Source: Octopus vulgaris
Lineage: Eukaryota
Direction of reading: 5' to 3'
Assembly (NCBI GenBank): GCA_951406725.2
Contig: OX597814.1
Span: 216,504,001-216,568,000, forward strand
Length of the DNA stretch: 64,000 nucleotides
A program made the translations under genes and the position numbers. Under the pieces are notes generated by a model. It was not told the origin of the DNA, ran no database searches, and saw nothing but the letters and a program-made list of their open reading frames with translations. Shown here piece after piece: positions 25,501-38,419 of this stretch; position 1 is the stretch's first letter, and each line of letters begins with the position of its first letter.

Positions 25501-28500
25501 TGGGGTTGATGTAATTGACTTAGCCATCTCCTGAAATTGCTGGCCTTGTGCCAAAATTTGAAACAAAAATTCCAGTGATGTTTATGGTCAATAAAATAAG
25601 TACCAGTTGAGCACTGGGGTTGATGTAATTGACTTAGCCACTCTCCTGAAATTGCTGGCCTTGTGCCAAAATTTGAAACAAAAATTCCAGTGATGTTTAT
25701 GGTCAATAAAATAAGTACCAGTTGAGCACTGGGGTTGATGTAATTGACTTAGCCACTCTCCTGAAATTGCTGGCCTTGTGCCAAAATTTGAAACAAAAAT
25801 TCCAGTGATGTTTATGGTCAATAAAATAAGTACAGTTGAGCACTGGGGTTGATGTAATTGACTTAGCCATCTCCTGAAATTGCTGGCCTTGTGCCAAAAT
25901 TTGAAACAAAATTCCAGTGATGTTTATGGTCAATAAAATAAGTACCAGTTGAGCACTGGGGTTGATGTAATTGACTTAGCCACTCTCCTGAAATTGCTGG
26001 CCTTGTGCCAAAATTTGAAACAAAAATTCCAGTGATGTTTATGGTCAATAAAATAAGTACCAGTTGAGCACTGGGGTTGATGTAATTGACTTAGCCACTC
26101 TCCTGAAATTGCTGGCCTTGTGCCAAAATTTGAAACAAAAATTCCAGTGATGTTTATGGTCAATAAAATAAGTACCAGTTGAGCACTGGGGTTGATGTAA
26201 TTGACTTAGCCACTCTCCTGAAATTGCTGGCCTTGTGTGCCAAAATTTGAAACAAAAATTCCAGTGATGTTTATGGTCAATAAAATAAGTACCAGTTGAG
26301 CACTGGGGTTGATGTAATTGACTTAGCCACTCTCCTGAAATTGCTGGCCTTGTGCCAAAATTTGAAACAAAAATTCCAGTGATGTTTATGTTCAATAAAA
26401 TAAGTACCAGTTGAGCACTGGGGTTGATGTAATTGACTTAGCCACTCTCCTGAAATTGCTGGCCTTGTGCCAAAATTTGAAACAAAAATTCCAGTGATGT
26501 TTATGGTCAATAAAATAAGTACCAGTTGAGCACTGGGGTTGATGTAATTGACTTAGCCACTCTCCTGAAATTGCTGGCCTTGTGCCAAAATTTGAAACAA
26601 AAATTCCAGTGATGTTTATGTTCAATAAAATAAGTACCAGTTGAGCACTGGGGTTGATGTAATTGACTTAGCCACTCTCCTGAAATTTCTGGCCTTGTGC
26701 CAAAATTTGAAACAAAAATTCCAGTGATGTTTATGTTCAATAAAATAAGTAGCAGTTGAGCACTGGGGTTGATGTAATTGACTTAGCCACTCTCTTAAAA
26801 TTGCTGGCCTTGTGCCAAAATTTGAAACAAAAATTCCAGTGATGTTTATGTTCAATAAAATAAGTAGCAGTTGAGCACTGGGGTTGATGTAATTGACTTA
26901 GCCATCTCCTGAAATTGCTGGCCTTGTGCCAAAATTTGAAACAAAAATTCCAGTGATGTTTATGTTCAATAAAATAAGTACCAGTTGAGCACCGGGGTTG
27001 ATGTAATTGACTTAGCCATCTCCTGAAATTTCTGGCCTTCTGCCAAAATTTGAAACAAAAATTCCAGTGATGTTTATGTTCAATAAAATAAGTACCAGTT
27101 GAGCACTGGGGTTGATGTAATTGACTTAGCCATCTCCTGAAATTTCTGGCCTTCTGCCAAAATTTGAAACAAAAATTCCAGTGATGTTTATGTTCAATAA
27201 AATAAGTACCAGTTGAGCACTGGGGTTGATGTAATTGACTTAGCCATCTCCTGAAATTTCTGGCCTTCTGCCAAAATTTGAAACAAAAATTCCAGTGATG
27301 TTTATGTTCAATAAAATAAGTAGCAGTTGAGCACTGGGGTTGATGTAATTGACTTAGCCATCTCCTGAAATTTCTGGCCTTGTGCCAAAATTTGAAACAA
27401 AAATTCCAGTGATGTTTATGTTCAATAAAATAAGTAGCAGTTGAGCACTGGGGTTGATGTAATTGACTTAGCCACTCTCCTGAAATTGCTGGCCTTGTGC
27501 CAAAATTTGAAACAAAAATTCCAGTGATGTTTATGTTCAATAAAATAAGTAGCAGTTGAGCACTGGGGTTGATGTAATTGACTTAGCCACTCTCTGAAAT
27601 TGCTGGCCTTGTGCCAAAATTTGAAACAAAAATTCCAGTGATGTTTATGTTCAATAAAATAAGTACCAGTTGAGCACTGGGGTTGATGTAATTGACTTAG
27701 CCATCTCCTGAAATTGCTGGCCTTCTGCCAAAATTTGAAACAAAAATTCCAGTGATGTTTATGTTCAATAAAATAAGTACAGTTGAGCACTGGGGTTGAT
27801 GTAATTGACTTAGCCATCTCCTGAAATTTCTGGCCTTCTGCCAAAATTTGAAACAAAAATTCCAGTGATGTTTATGTTCAATAAAATAAGTAGCAGTTGA
27901 GCACTGGGGTTGATGTAATTGACTTAGCCATCTCCTGAAATTTCTGGCCTTCTGCCAAAATTTGAAACAAAAATTCCAGTGATGTTTATGTTCAATAAAA
28001 TAAGTAGCAGTTGAGCACTGGGGTTGATGTAATTGACTTAGCCATCTCCTGAAATTTCTGGCCTTCTGCCAAAATTTGAAACGAAAATTCCAGTGATGTT
28101 TATGTTCAATAAAATAAGTACAAGTTGAGCACTGGGGTTGATGTAATTGACTTAGCCATCTCCTGAAATTTCTGGCCTTCTGCCAAAATTTGAAACAAAA
28201 ATTCCAGTGATGTTTATGTTCAATAAAATAAGTACCAGTTGAGCACTGGGGTTGATGTAATTGACTTAGCCATCTCCTGAAATTTCTGGCCTTCTGCCAA
28301 AATTTGAAACAAAAATTCCAGTGATGTTTATGTTCAATAAAATAAGTACCAGTTGAGCACTGGGGTTGATGTAATTGACTTAGCCATCTCCTGAAATTTC
28401 TGGCCTTCTGCCAAAATTTGAAACGAAAATTCCAGTGATGTTTATGTTCAATAAAATAAGTACAAGTTGAGCACTGGGGTTGATGTAATTGACTTAGCCA

Positions 28501-29477
28501 CTCTCCTGAAATTGCTGGCCTTGTGCCAAAATTTGAAACAAAAATTCCAGTGATGTTTATGTTCAATAAAATAAGTACCAGCTGAGCACTGGGGTTGATG
28601 TAATTGACTTAGCCACTCTCCTGAAATTGCTGGCCTTGTGCCAAAATTTGAAAGCAAATCTCAGTGATGTTTATGTTCAATAAAATAAGTACAAGTTGAG
28701 CACTGGGGTTGATGTAATTGACTTAGCCACTCTCCTGAAATTGCTGGCCTTGTGCCAAAATTTGAAACAAAAATTCCAGTGATGTTTATGGTCAATAAAA
28801 TAAGTACCAGTTGAGCACTGGGGTTGATGTAATTGACTTAGCCACTCTCCTGAAATTGCTGCCCTTGTGCCAAAATTTGAAACAAAAATTACAGTGATGT
28901 TTATGGTCAATAAAATAAGTACCAGTTGAGCACTGGGGTTGATGTAATTGACTTAGCCACTCTCCTGAAATTGCTGGCCTTGTGCCAAAATTTGAAACAA
29001 AAATTCCAGTGATGTTTATGGTCAATAAAATAAGTACCAGTTTAGCACTGGGGTTGATGTAATTGACTTAGCCACTCTCCTGAAATTGCTGCCCTTGTGC
29101 CAAAATTTGAAACAAAAATTACAGTGATGTTTATGGTCAATAAAATAAGTACCAGTTGAGCACTGGGGTTGATGTAATTGACTTAGCCACTCTCCTGAAA
29201 TTGCTGGACTCGTGCCAAAATTTGAAACGAAAATTCCAGTGATGTTTATGGTCAATAAAATAAATACCAGTTGAGCACTGGGGTTGATGTAATTGACTTA
29301 GCCACTCTCCTGAAATTGCTGCCCTTAAGCCAAAATTTGAAACAAAAATTACAGTGATGTTTATGGTCAACAAAATAAGTACCAGTTGAGCACTGGGGTT
29401 GATGTAATTGACTTAGCCACTCTCCTGAAATTGCTGGACTTGTGCCAAAATTTGAAACTAACATTCCCGTGATGTTT
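16571..29477 (+). repeat. Satellite array, ~112 tandem copies of a 115-bp (some 114-bp) SINE-derived monomer
   Basis: Monomer GTCAATAAAATAAGTACCAGTTGAGCACTGGGGTTGATGTAATTGACTTAGCCACTCTCCTGAAATTGCTGGCCTTGTGCCAAAATTTGAAACAAAAATTCCAGTGATGTTTATG repeats head-to-tail without spacers. Confidence 0.98.
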
Positions 29478-29681
29478 CTTGTATTTATTATAATTAATAG
29501 AGATAGTCTTTACTTAGTATCTGTTAAATGTTGATTATATTTTTCTCTTTGCTAATGTATTATAATAATAACATTACTTTGTCTTCAAATACTTTTCTGT
29601 CATTACCCACTGAACTCCCCAGCTCATCCCTAATCCCTCACCAACGAAATGATTTTATCCTTTTACATTTTCATAATTTAG

Positions 29682-31205
29682 TTGTGCTGGACGATTGTAG
29701 TAGAGATCATATACTGCAAAATGTGAAGTTCGATGTTCAACCATTGAGGGAACCATCAAAAGAAAATACCATTTCAAGACAGCAAGTCCATGACTATTTA
29801 CTACCTTCCGAGTTCTATCTGACTTTCTTAAAGAGACATAAAACCTTAGTTAATGACCAATTAAAGAAATGGGCTGAAGTAATATGGAAAGATTCCAAGT
29901 TTAATAAACTGAACTTAAAATATTCCAAAGAAAATTTTGAGAAAATTGAACAGTGCCTGGAAGATTTATTAAATCCCATTACTGTTGAAATCATTGATGT
30001 TCCAATCGATATTTTTGAAGATGTTGCTAGAACATTTAAAAGTGAAGATGATGAGATGTATTTTTATTTTGATTTCCTATATCATAAAGTTCATATTTTG
30101 GGATTTGATGAAAGTAACGTGATTAAAATGAAAAAGAGACTTTTGGATAATCTTAGAAAGATATGTGAGTTTAATTTAAATATTCATGAAAGACGTATTC
30201 TATCTGGTCACAGATTCTTTGAGCAGGCACAAAGACAATCTGAAGATCTACAAGTCAGAATTCATGGTAACAAAGTTGTTTTTGAAGGCCACACTTCCAA
30301 TATAGCTAATTGTAAAAATGATATGACTAAAATACTTCAGTCAATTGTTAAATCCAAACTGTGTTTGCCTTTAAATACTGGAATGATCATAAATAAAAAA
30401 CCAGTGAAAGAATATCTTGATGAAAAACTGAGAAACAAGAAATGCATTGGTTCATGGGAAACGGGTGATGGTGATTCAGTATTACTTTATGCAAGTGATA
30501 AAACACATCTTTCACTTTTGGAAGAAATTATGAAAGAAACTTTTGTTGCCAATACACTGGATTTTCTAGACAAAATGAAGGATTCTCCAAATTATGGACA
30601 GTGGCTGACATTTGTTGAAAGTCTAAAAGAAGAGTTTCCAGATTTCCATTTTATTGGAGAAAATTCTATTGTTGCTGTTGATGCTGTAGTTAATGATATA
30701 AAAAGCAAAATTGATAACTTTAAGCAATCTTTAACTGATGAATCTTATATATCGATGAATCATGCACATTTCCTCTTTCTGAAAGAGTTCAAAGAACAAG
30801 AAATCAATGACTTTGGTGCGAAAAATAAAATTAAGAATGTGTGTCTCAAAGATAATAAGTTACACCTGGAAGGAACACAAGAGCAATTTAAGAAAATGGA
30901 AATATTTATAGAAAATTTAAGAAAGGATATCAGCTCAAAAGATGGAACATTTAGATCTCAAGAAACCCAGAAAACTGAAGAAGGAAACAATTTCTTATGG
31001 GAAAAGCAGAAGAAATCTGAGAGTATAAAATTAAATTCAGATTTAGAAAGTGAAACAGAAGAAATACTTAATTTTGTGTATAAGAACTGTGAAATCGTGT
31101 TGAGGGAAGGTGACATCACGACTCTGGACACAGATGCTATTGTTAATGCTGCAAATGGTAGATTGGAACATATGGGAGATGTTGCAGCAGCCATTGTGCA
31201 GAAAG
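29682..31205 (+). CDS. Large internal exon of a PARP14/PARP9-like macro-PARP: degenerate KH-like region + macrodomain N-terminus
   Basis: 1524-nt open frame. Acceptor ttttcataatttag| (5' boundary less certain), donor AAAG|gttagt. Encodes EIVLREGDITTLDTDAIVNAANGRLEHMGDVAAAIVQKG. Confidence 0.85.
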
Positions 31206-31244
31206 GTTAGTAATACCATTTCTTATAGTTAATGTTTCTTTTTA

Positions 31245-31410
31245 GAGCCAAGTGTGGTTGAGAAGCTAACTTCCTGATCACGTGGTTTCAGGTTCAATTC
31301 CACTCACAGCATTTTGGACAAGTGTCTTCTGTTATAGGTCAGTGGTTGGCCAAAGCCTTGGGAGTAGATTTCGTTGATAGAAACTGAAAGAAGCTCATCA
31401 TGTATGTATG
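31245..31410 (+). mobile_element. tRNA-derived SINE (second family)
   Basis: TGTGGTTGAGAAGC (A-box-like), GGTTCAATTCC (B-box), GGACAAGTGTCTTCT...GAAACTGAAAGAAGC. Relatives at 33862-33950 (-), 41130-41195 (-) and 43645/47081. Confidence 0.75.
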
Positions 31411-31539
31411 CATGAACATGTTAACTTTCTTTTAAAAAATCATTACTTGTGCAGATGCATTTTCTTTTTATAATTATTATTTTTATCTTATTTTTGTGCA
31501 TGTGTGTGTTAATATATTTGAAAAACAACATAACCATTA

Positions 31540-33951
31540 GATTTATATAGACAATGCTTTCAATACAGTTAGCGGTAAGTAAATTAGTCTATTCTTAAAC
31601 TTCATTATTACTAGTGAGAGTATGATATGCTAAGATGTTTATGTGTAGAAGTTAAAATTTGAAAAATTTTATCAATACAAAAATTGCAATGAGAATATCC
31701 AGTTTTATAGGATTTCGCATGTCTTATGATTTCCCACTTTAGGTTATGATTTTATTATTGTCCTTTAATTCCCAAATAGACTCCTTTAGACTAGTATAAG
31801 ATAATTTACTTCTGTTTCTAATTGTGCACTCATAGTTTGTAATATACATTTTTATGTAATTTTCCATAGATCCTATGTAAAAGTAGTTTTTACCCTCAGC
31901 TTCCGCTTTACTTCTATATACCACATCTTTTTTATTTGTAACAATTTTTAAACAAACAGTTATGCTTAAATTTGCAGTCACAATACATATTCTTATTTGC
32001 TCTTATAGACTTGCTATTAGTATTATCATTGCTCAAAGCTTTAGTATTCTGGTTACAATAGGATACAACATTCATTGTTTCCCTTCATATTTTAGAAGAT
32101 TTCTTTTTTTGTATATTCACTATAATCAGAATTATTTTTGTTGTCAATTAATACAGCATTACTAAATCTAACTGTACTATTATAGAAATGAGTTAACTGT
32201 TTATTGTTATGTGAAAATATAATCTGGGAAACCTTAGTCGAAACATAATATCCAACACAGAGCCTGCTGGGGTTAATTATGTCATAATACTTTATTTCTT
32301 TAGAAAAGTGAGTTGTAAATAGTTTATAAAGAGATTTAACTAAGTTACCCTTAATTTACTTGGCAAATGGAATAATTAACCAAATAATATTACGCTTATT
32401 ATAAGTTTTATTATAATTCTGTAACTGTTTATCAATTTTATTTATATATGGGGTATGTCATTTAATATCATCTTTACTTTTATGAATATCATTAGAGGAA
32501 TTAAGCAATGAATCGGTTTTCATATTTAGAATATCATTTTTATTTAGTTTATATTTATTTTTATTCTTACCCTTATTTCTATTTTGTTCAGATGCTTTTA
32601 ATTTTCTGTTATTATCAATTATATTTAAATTATGCATATCACTGGAGTTTATGCTCGGTGCACAATATTTTATCTTCTGCTTATGTCCTGCTCTCCCAAG
32701 TTGCCATGCTGTAAAAGTCCACATTTTTGTTGAAAATCTTGTCATTTGGCCATAAAGTTGAGATTCTTCTAGATACATTGTAAATCAAAGAATTTATGAT
32801 AGATCTAGGATGATTACTTCCAATATTTGTATATCTAAGGTTGGTGTTAGATTTATGTAATGGTTTGTGGTTGCCAGTAACGAGGTTAAGGTTAACATGT
32901 AAAAAGGTTACTGACGCATGCTCATTTGTGATAGTTATGGAGAGTCCAAAGTTTTTTTTAATCTATAATATTCCTTCTTGTACATTTCTAATTTTCTATT
33001 AGAAAAGGTTCTATGAGTAAAAGTTGTATCATCCCATTACAAACCTCCCCTAAATTCAGGAAAATCTCTACTTAATTTAAATAGAATATATATACATACT
33101 AGATCAGTGACGCGTGCAAACTCCTCAGATCCCATTATTATATGAAAGCCATCGTTATTGAGCTTTTATATCCAATATTTGTTGTGAAATTCAATATCTA
33201 TTTTCCTGACAGCTAAAATTATGTTAATTTTTTCCGTAGTTAGTTTAGAATATTTCTCACAAAAAAAAGAGCCTTATTTAATAATATATGGTTAATAGAA
33301 GAATAATAATTATCTGTATGAATTTGTAAAAATTTCTTTCTTTTTTTATTGTCAATTCCATTAAACCAATCAGTTACTTTTTACGTATAGACCAAAGCTT
33401 TAATTTTATCGTGTTCTTAACTGCAGGTATATACCTATCTATAATGGCGTAGTTTAGCTTACCTCAGTCTGATTTACCTGGGCAAATTAATCTTACTTTA
33501 GGGTTGTCATAGAAATTCTCCTTATGCTCTTTTAGCATAATCTTAGGTTTCTTTGGAACAAAAGGTTTAGTCCTATCATCCAATTTGTAATCGGTCATTA
33601 TCTGTATAGATATTAAGTTAAAAGTTCTCAATATATTTTAATTAGCTATTTTGTAACTGCTAGTAATTTCCTTTTTTTAATAGTTCATGATAGTAATATA
33701 TATTTCAGACTAGCAGTATCACCCAGCGTTGCTCAGGTTTGTTTCAACCTTTTGGGATTGGAATTTTTGAAAATTAAAAGTTTTGCATTGCAAATTTGAA
33801 TGAAATTAGTTGTGTAGTTTTCAAGTTTTAGGGATTCACTCAGACAGACTGATATATCAGAAAACACATGCCAAGTTACCACACAGTGGAACTGAACTCA
33901 GGACCATGTGTTTTGAAACCAAGTTTATTACTACACAGCCACACCTGCTCT

Positions 33952-33982
<31 letters not shown>

Positions 33983-34129
33983 ATGTGTGCATGGGTGTAT
34001 ATATGTATGCATGTATATATGTGTATATCTATGTGTACATATTACATGTACATCTATATCTATAGAAATACATCTATACATATACATGTATACATATAGA
34101 GCTATACAGATATATCGATATATATATAC

Positions 34130-34177
<48 letters not shown>

Positions 34178-34235
34178 ATATATAAATATACATCCACATA
34201 TATACATGTGTGTAAATATCTGTTATGATAAAAGG

Positions 34236-34268
<33 letters not shown>

Positions 34269-36450
34269 GTATACATCTATATGTAAATATCTCTTATGAT
34301 AAAAGATATATATATATATATACATCTATATGTATACATCTATATGTATTTATATATATATATATACATGTAAATTTAAATTGAAAATAATAAGGGTGAA
34401 AAATTGAATATTAATTTCATTAATATGAATTTAAAACCAGTGGTGTGGAGAAGATATGATATTGCTATGGGCTCGCTCTAGGCAAAAAGGTAAAAAACTT
34501 TTTGCCCATGACACTACATGGACCGAGGAAGGCATGTGTAAAATTTGAATGATATTCTCAAGTTTTTGGGATTCACATATAGATAAGCCCGGTTTCACCC
34601 GATTTGTTTGAATGATGTGACTGTGATCGTTTTCGGTTAGGCATAATCTATAACAGCATTTCTCAACCTTATTTTGGGTCCCCTGTTTTGATTGGAGCCT
34701 CCAGCAGTATGAAAATTTCTCCCCAACCCCCATCAAAAACCAGCTTCAGGGGTTGTGAAGAAAGAATTTGTACATAGTTTGTTTCTGAGAGCTATTGTAT
34801 TGGACCTCTGTCTAATCATTAAAACATTTATTTAATTATGAACATAGAAAGAAATTATACATTAATCCCTATTTTTCTAAGTAGTTGTATCCATAAGAAT
34901 TTTATTTGCAGATGGCAGAAATTGAAAGAAGATATGTGAAATGGACGTGTGGGTGTGTTTATATGTGTGTGTGTTTGTGGCGTGCGTGCTTGCACGTATG
35001 TATGTGAGAGAGAAAGAGGGTGAGAAAGAGAGATAGAGTGAGCGAAGAGAAAATATCTTCGCAGAAAACAGCTTCAGGAGTTGTGAAGAAAGAATTTGCA
35101 TGTAGTCTGTTTCTATGAACTATTCTATTGGACCGCTGTCTAATCACGTCTTTTAAGGTATACACACATACATAGAAAATGTGAGGTCATAGTGGAAAAT
35201 TTTTACGATAGTTGATTTATGGAAAAGATTACGTGAAATCTGTGAATGAAAATGAAGTTCAGAAGTCTACATGGTAGTTAGACCAAGTAGAAATTGCAGC
35301 CAAAGGTAAAGTGGAGATGTATGGAAGAAGTCATTGTTATATGCTTATAGAAAAAATAGACTCGTACATTTTTAGAGAAGAAAATGTAGATGAAAGCGAT
35401 TGTTTTGGACATTTGAGTAATGAGAGAGCAGAAATTGAAAGAAGATATATGAAATGGACGTGTGTGTTTTTCTGGCTAATTTGGTGGGATTTTTGCAGTT
35501 AGCACGAGGTGGTGTGTATTTATCTCTGGAAGGGTAGAAAGCGGATCTTTTGAAGTCGTGAAAATGATTGATCTCTTCCGTCCTTGTCAAGGGGCATGCA
35601 TGTGTGTGTGAGGGAGGAAGAGAGAGAGAGAGGGAGAGAGTGTGTGTGTGTGTTTGATGGGGTGTGCGATATGGGGAAGAGATTTAACTGAAATTTTGTT
35701 ATTCACTTGTTACAGTGAGACAAAATGTGAGTGAGCAACAGAGAAAAGGAGGGGTTATATATGTTGGCGGGGGGATTCCATTAGAACAGTTTGCCAGAGA
35801 GAGTGGCTGGGGAAGAAACAGCGACAGAGAGACAGCGAATATGGAGAGGGAAAGAGAGTGAGTAGAAGCTGTGAAAAGCCGTTATAGAGATAAAGAGGAG
35901 GGAAGGAGGAAAGAGAGAAATGGAAGAAGAAAGGGTGATAACCATTAGAGAGGAAAAACAAACACTTGTCAAATTTCACTCTCTTTGCCATAGCAACCAC
36001 ATCTTTATAGCTTACAAATTTGAACCATCGCAGGTCAGATCATCACCATGCATTTAATACCCCTGCAAATTTTCAGCTCGATCCTAGCATGTCTAGTGCC
36101 ATTGAATCCTGACCAAAACCAAAGTGTGCAAGCTTTTTCTCTCTTTTATATAAGTAGATTATATATATTCCTAGTCTTGTCCAAGTGTACAGTAATGCCA
36201 TCCTTTCTCTTAAGTTCCAAGATTATTATTTTAATATTTCTCAAATGCGTATCTCCTCTGTGGGGGGTATTTTTAAGATTTAACATTTTTTAGTATTTTC
36301 CACAACTCATATTCAAAGTTTGCTTGGTGAATATTTGGTGGTGAGTATCTCTTTGTTGTAAACTGATACAACAGTGGTATTCCTTTGTCACTTTTGGTCC
36401 TTCCCTGCTTTCCCATTTTCTTGTCAATAAGTCTAGGGGTGAACTCTATT
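31540..36450 (-). mobile_element. Highly decayed Penelope-like element (N-terminus 36160-36450, RT + GIY-YIG 31540-33700) split by an insertion
   Basis: VHLDKTRNIY resumes as ..EITSSYK across the insert. Also IIMGSEEFARVTDLV and DVVYRSKAEAEGKNYFYIGSME..SLKESIWELKDNN. Confidence 0.65.
33707..36160 (+). mobile_element. Probable non-autonomous Helentron/HINE-like element(s) with nested SINE and microsatellites
   Basis: 5' end ACTAGCAGTATCACCCAGCGTTGCTCAGGT, subterminal CCTGCAAATTTTCAGCTCGATCC, 3' end CTCTTTTATATAAGTAGAT. Internal direct repeats at 34736/35065 and 34916/35428. Confidence 0.45.
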
Positions 36451-38095
36451 GTCCTTTTATTCTAAATCAAATCCTTGATTCGAATAAATTGATCTACTTA
36501 CCACTAACTGTAGCGAAAGCATTGATTATACAAATCTAATGGTTATGTTGTTTTGCAGTTATATTAACACACACATGCACTTAAATAAGATAACAACAAC
36601 AACAACAACAACAACGATAATAATAAAAACAATGCATCAACACAAGTAAGGGTTTATTTAAAAAACATTACCATACGCATAACTGTGGGATGGTATATAC
36701 ATACACACACACATATATATATATACATATATATGTGTGTGTGTGTGGGTGAGTAGCCAGTTCTTGACAACACACATTGGTTGTAAATGAACATAAAAAT
36801 CACTCAAGTGATGTCCAAAATGATTCTGAATGTTTCAATTGAAAAACATATCTGAATGTGTTAGACAGTTTTTGTTTAAAAGGTGAAAATATTTCTGAAA
36901 TACTCGCCTAATATGCAAGGACACGTTCCCTAGGATATGGTAATTAATTATATTGTAGGAAAGTAAAAAGTAAAGGGGAAAAATAGAATCAAAATTTTTG
37001 ATTTTGTTTGGCTCCATGAATTCAATGTTTTTTAAAATGTTTTTACCAATTGCTTGATACAAGAAAAAAGAAATTTGAAACTCCTGACCAAAACTGAGAA
37101 ATTCTAACTTAACAAGAAATATAGGAAGAGAAAGTTGTGTTTATTTCCACCACGCGACACTTATTATCGCACACACACAGATACACACTTACATTGATAT
37201 GTGTGTGTGTGTGTGTATTTTAGTTTTTGTTTACTTATATACATCAACAAATGAACCAATTGAATAACTGTGTGGTTGTTCAATTTGCTAGAAATAACAA
37301 CCATATCTCTTTCATACTATAAGGAAAAAATAGAATATTATTGAACTTCTTCGGCTCCATGATTTTAATTTTATTTTTAAAGGTTTACTTGATAGCAAAA
37401 AAAAAAAATTGGTAACATCCTGATTAAAACAGAGAAATTCTAACTTAACAAAAAATATAGAAAGAGAAAGAAAAGTTTGTATGTGAAAGCCAAAAGATAT
37501 TTTTTAGCTGAGGTGTAATTTTATGGTTAAAACAAATTCAAAATTTAAATCTTGGAACATAAGACTTACCATGTCATCTGGTGTATGGCCGAATTCAAAT
37601 GGGTAGAAGACCTAAAAGACATGTGTGTTTGTGAGCTTGGGTGTTTAATAGCCAGGGGTCAATTTCAGTTTAATCCTAGAAAGGAATTCAAATAATCAGC
37701 CACTCTGAAAAGACAGCTTCATACTATCTACTCTCTCTACCCCTCTCTCTTTTTCACTCTCTTTCTCTCTCACTTTCTCTCTCCCTTATGTGACACCCAG
37801 TATTAAATTTAAGTATCTTAATTTTCTCATTAAGACCGTTGTTGCTTCAGTAGCCCAGAAGACATGGGTATTGAGAAGTAGTAATACAAAACATAGGTGG
37901 TGGTTTCAAATCTCTCCCAGAAATTACAAGAGACCGACTTAAAAAATTTTATTTAAGCAACAAAACTTCTTTCAACAATTTCTTTCTCTTAAGTGTTGCA
38001 CACGTGTCAGGTGTGGCATATTAATATTATTGATATATATTAACATATATGAACATGTATTAAACAGGAACATAAGAATGCAAATATCTTTGCAG

Positions 38096-38344
38096 GTGGG
38101 GTTGGAATTCAAATTGAATCCAACAGAATTATGAAACAAAGAAAGAGTGAACTGAAACCTGGAGAAGTAGTGTCAACTAAAGCTGGTAAACTCAAATGCA
38201 AGGCTATCATTCATGCTGTTGGACCCGTTTGGAATAATGGAAGGGATCAGGAAATGGATTACCTTTCAAGAGCTGTTCAAAATTGTTTGGCAGTTCTTGA
38301 AGAAAAGTCTTATACATCAATTGCAATTCCTGCCATCAGTACAG
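38096..38344 (+). CDS. Macrodomain middle exon of the PARP14-like gene
   Basis: tttgcag|GT...ACAG|gtaaga, 249 nt, in frame with both neighbours. GEVVSTKAGKLKCKAIIHAVGPVW..SIAIPAISTG. Confidence 0.93.
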
Positions 38345-38419
38345 GTAAGAATTTACCATTTTAATTCTGTTCAAATTATTTGGTATAGAAATAAGAATTA
38401 CAATATTCAAATATCTTCA

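Noticed and set aside
16571-29477. CRISPR array or repeat-protein gene (many 77-289 aa minus-strand ORFs)
   Set aside because: No unique spacers or cas genes and a eukaryotic context. The ORFs arise from the 115-bp period, and longer ones appear only where 114-bp monomers keep the frame.
29528-29681. N-terminal 51 aa of the 560-aa ORF as the true protein start
   Set aside because: Pyrimidine-rich, intron-like sequence ending in a good acceptor at 29681; more likely open by chance.
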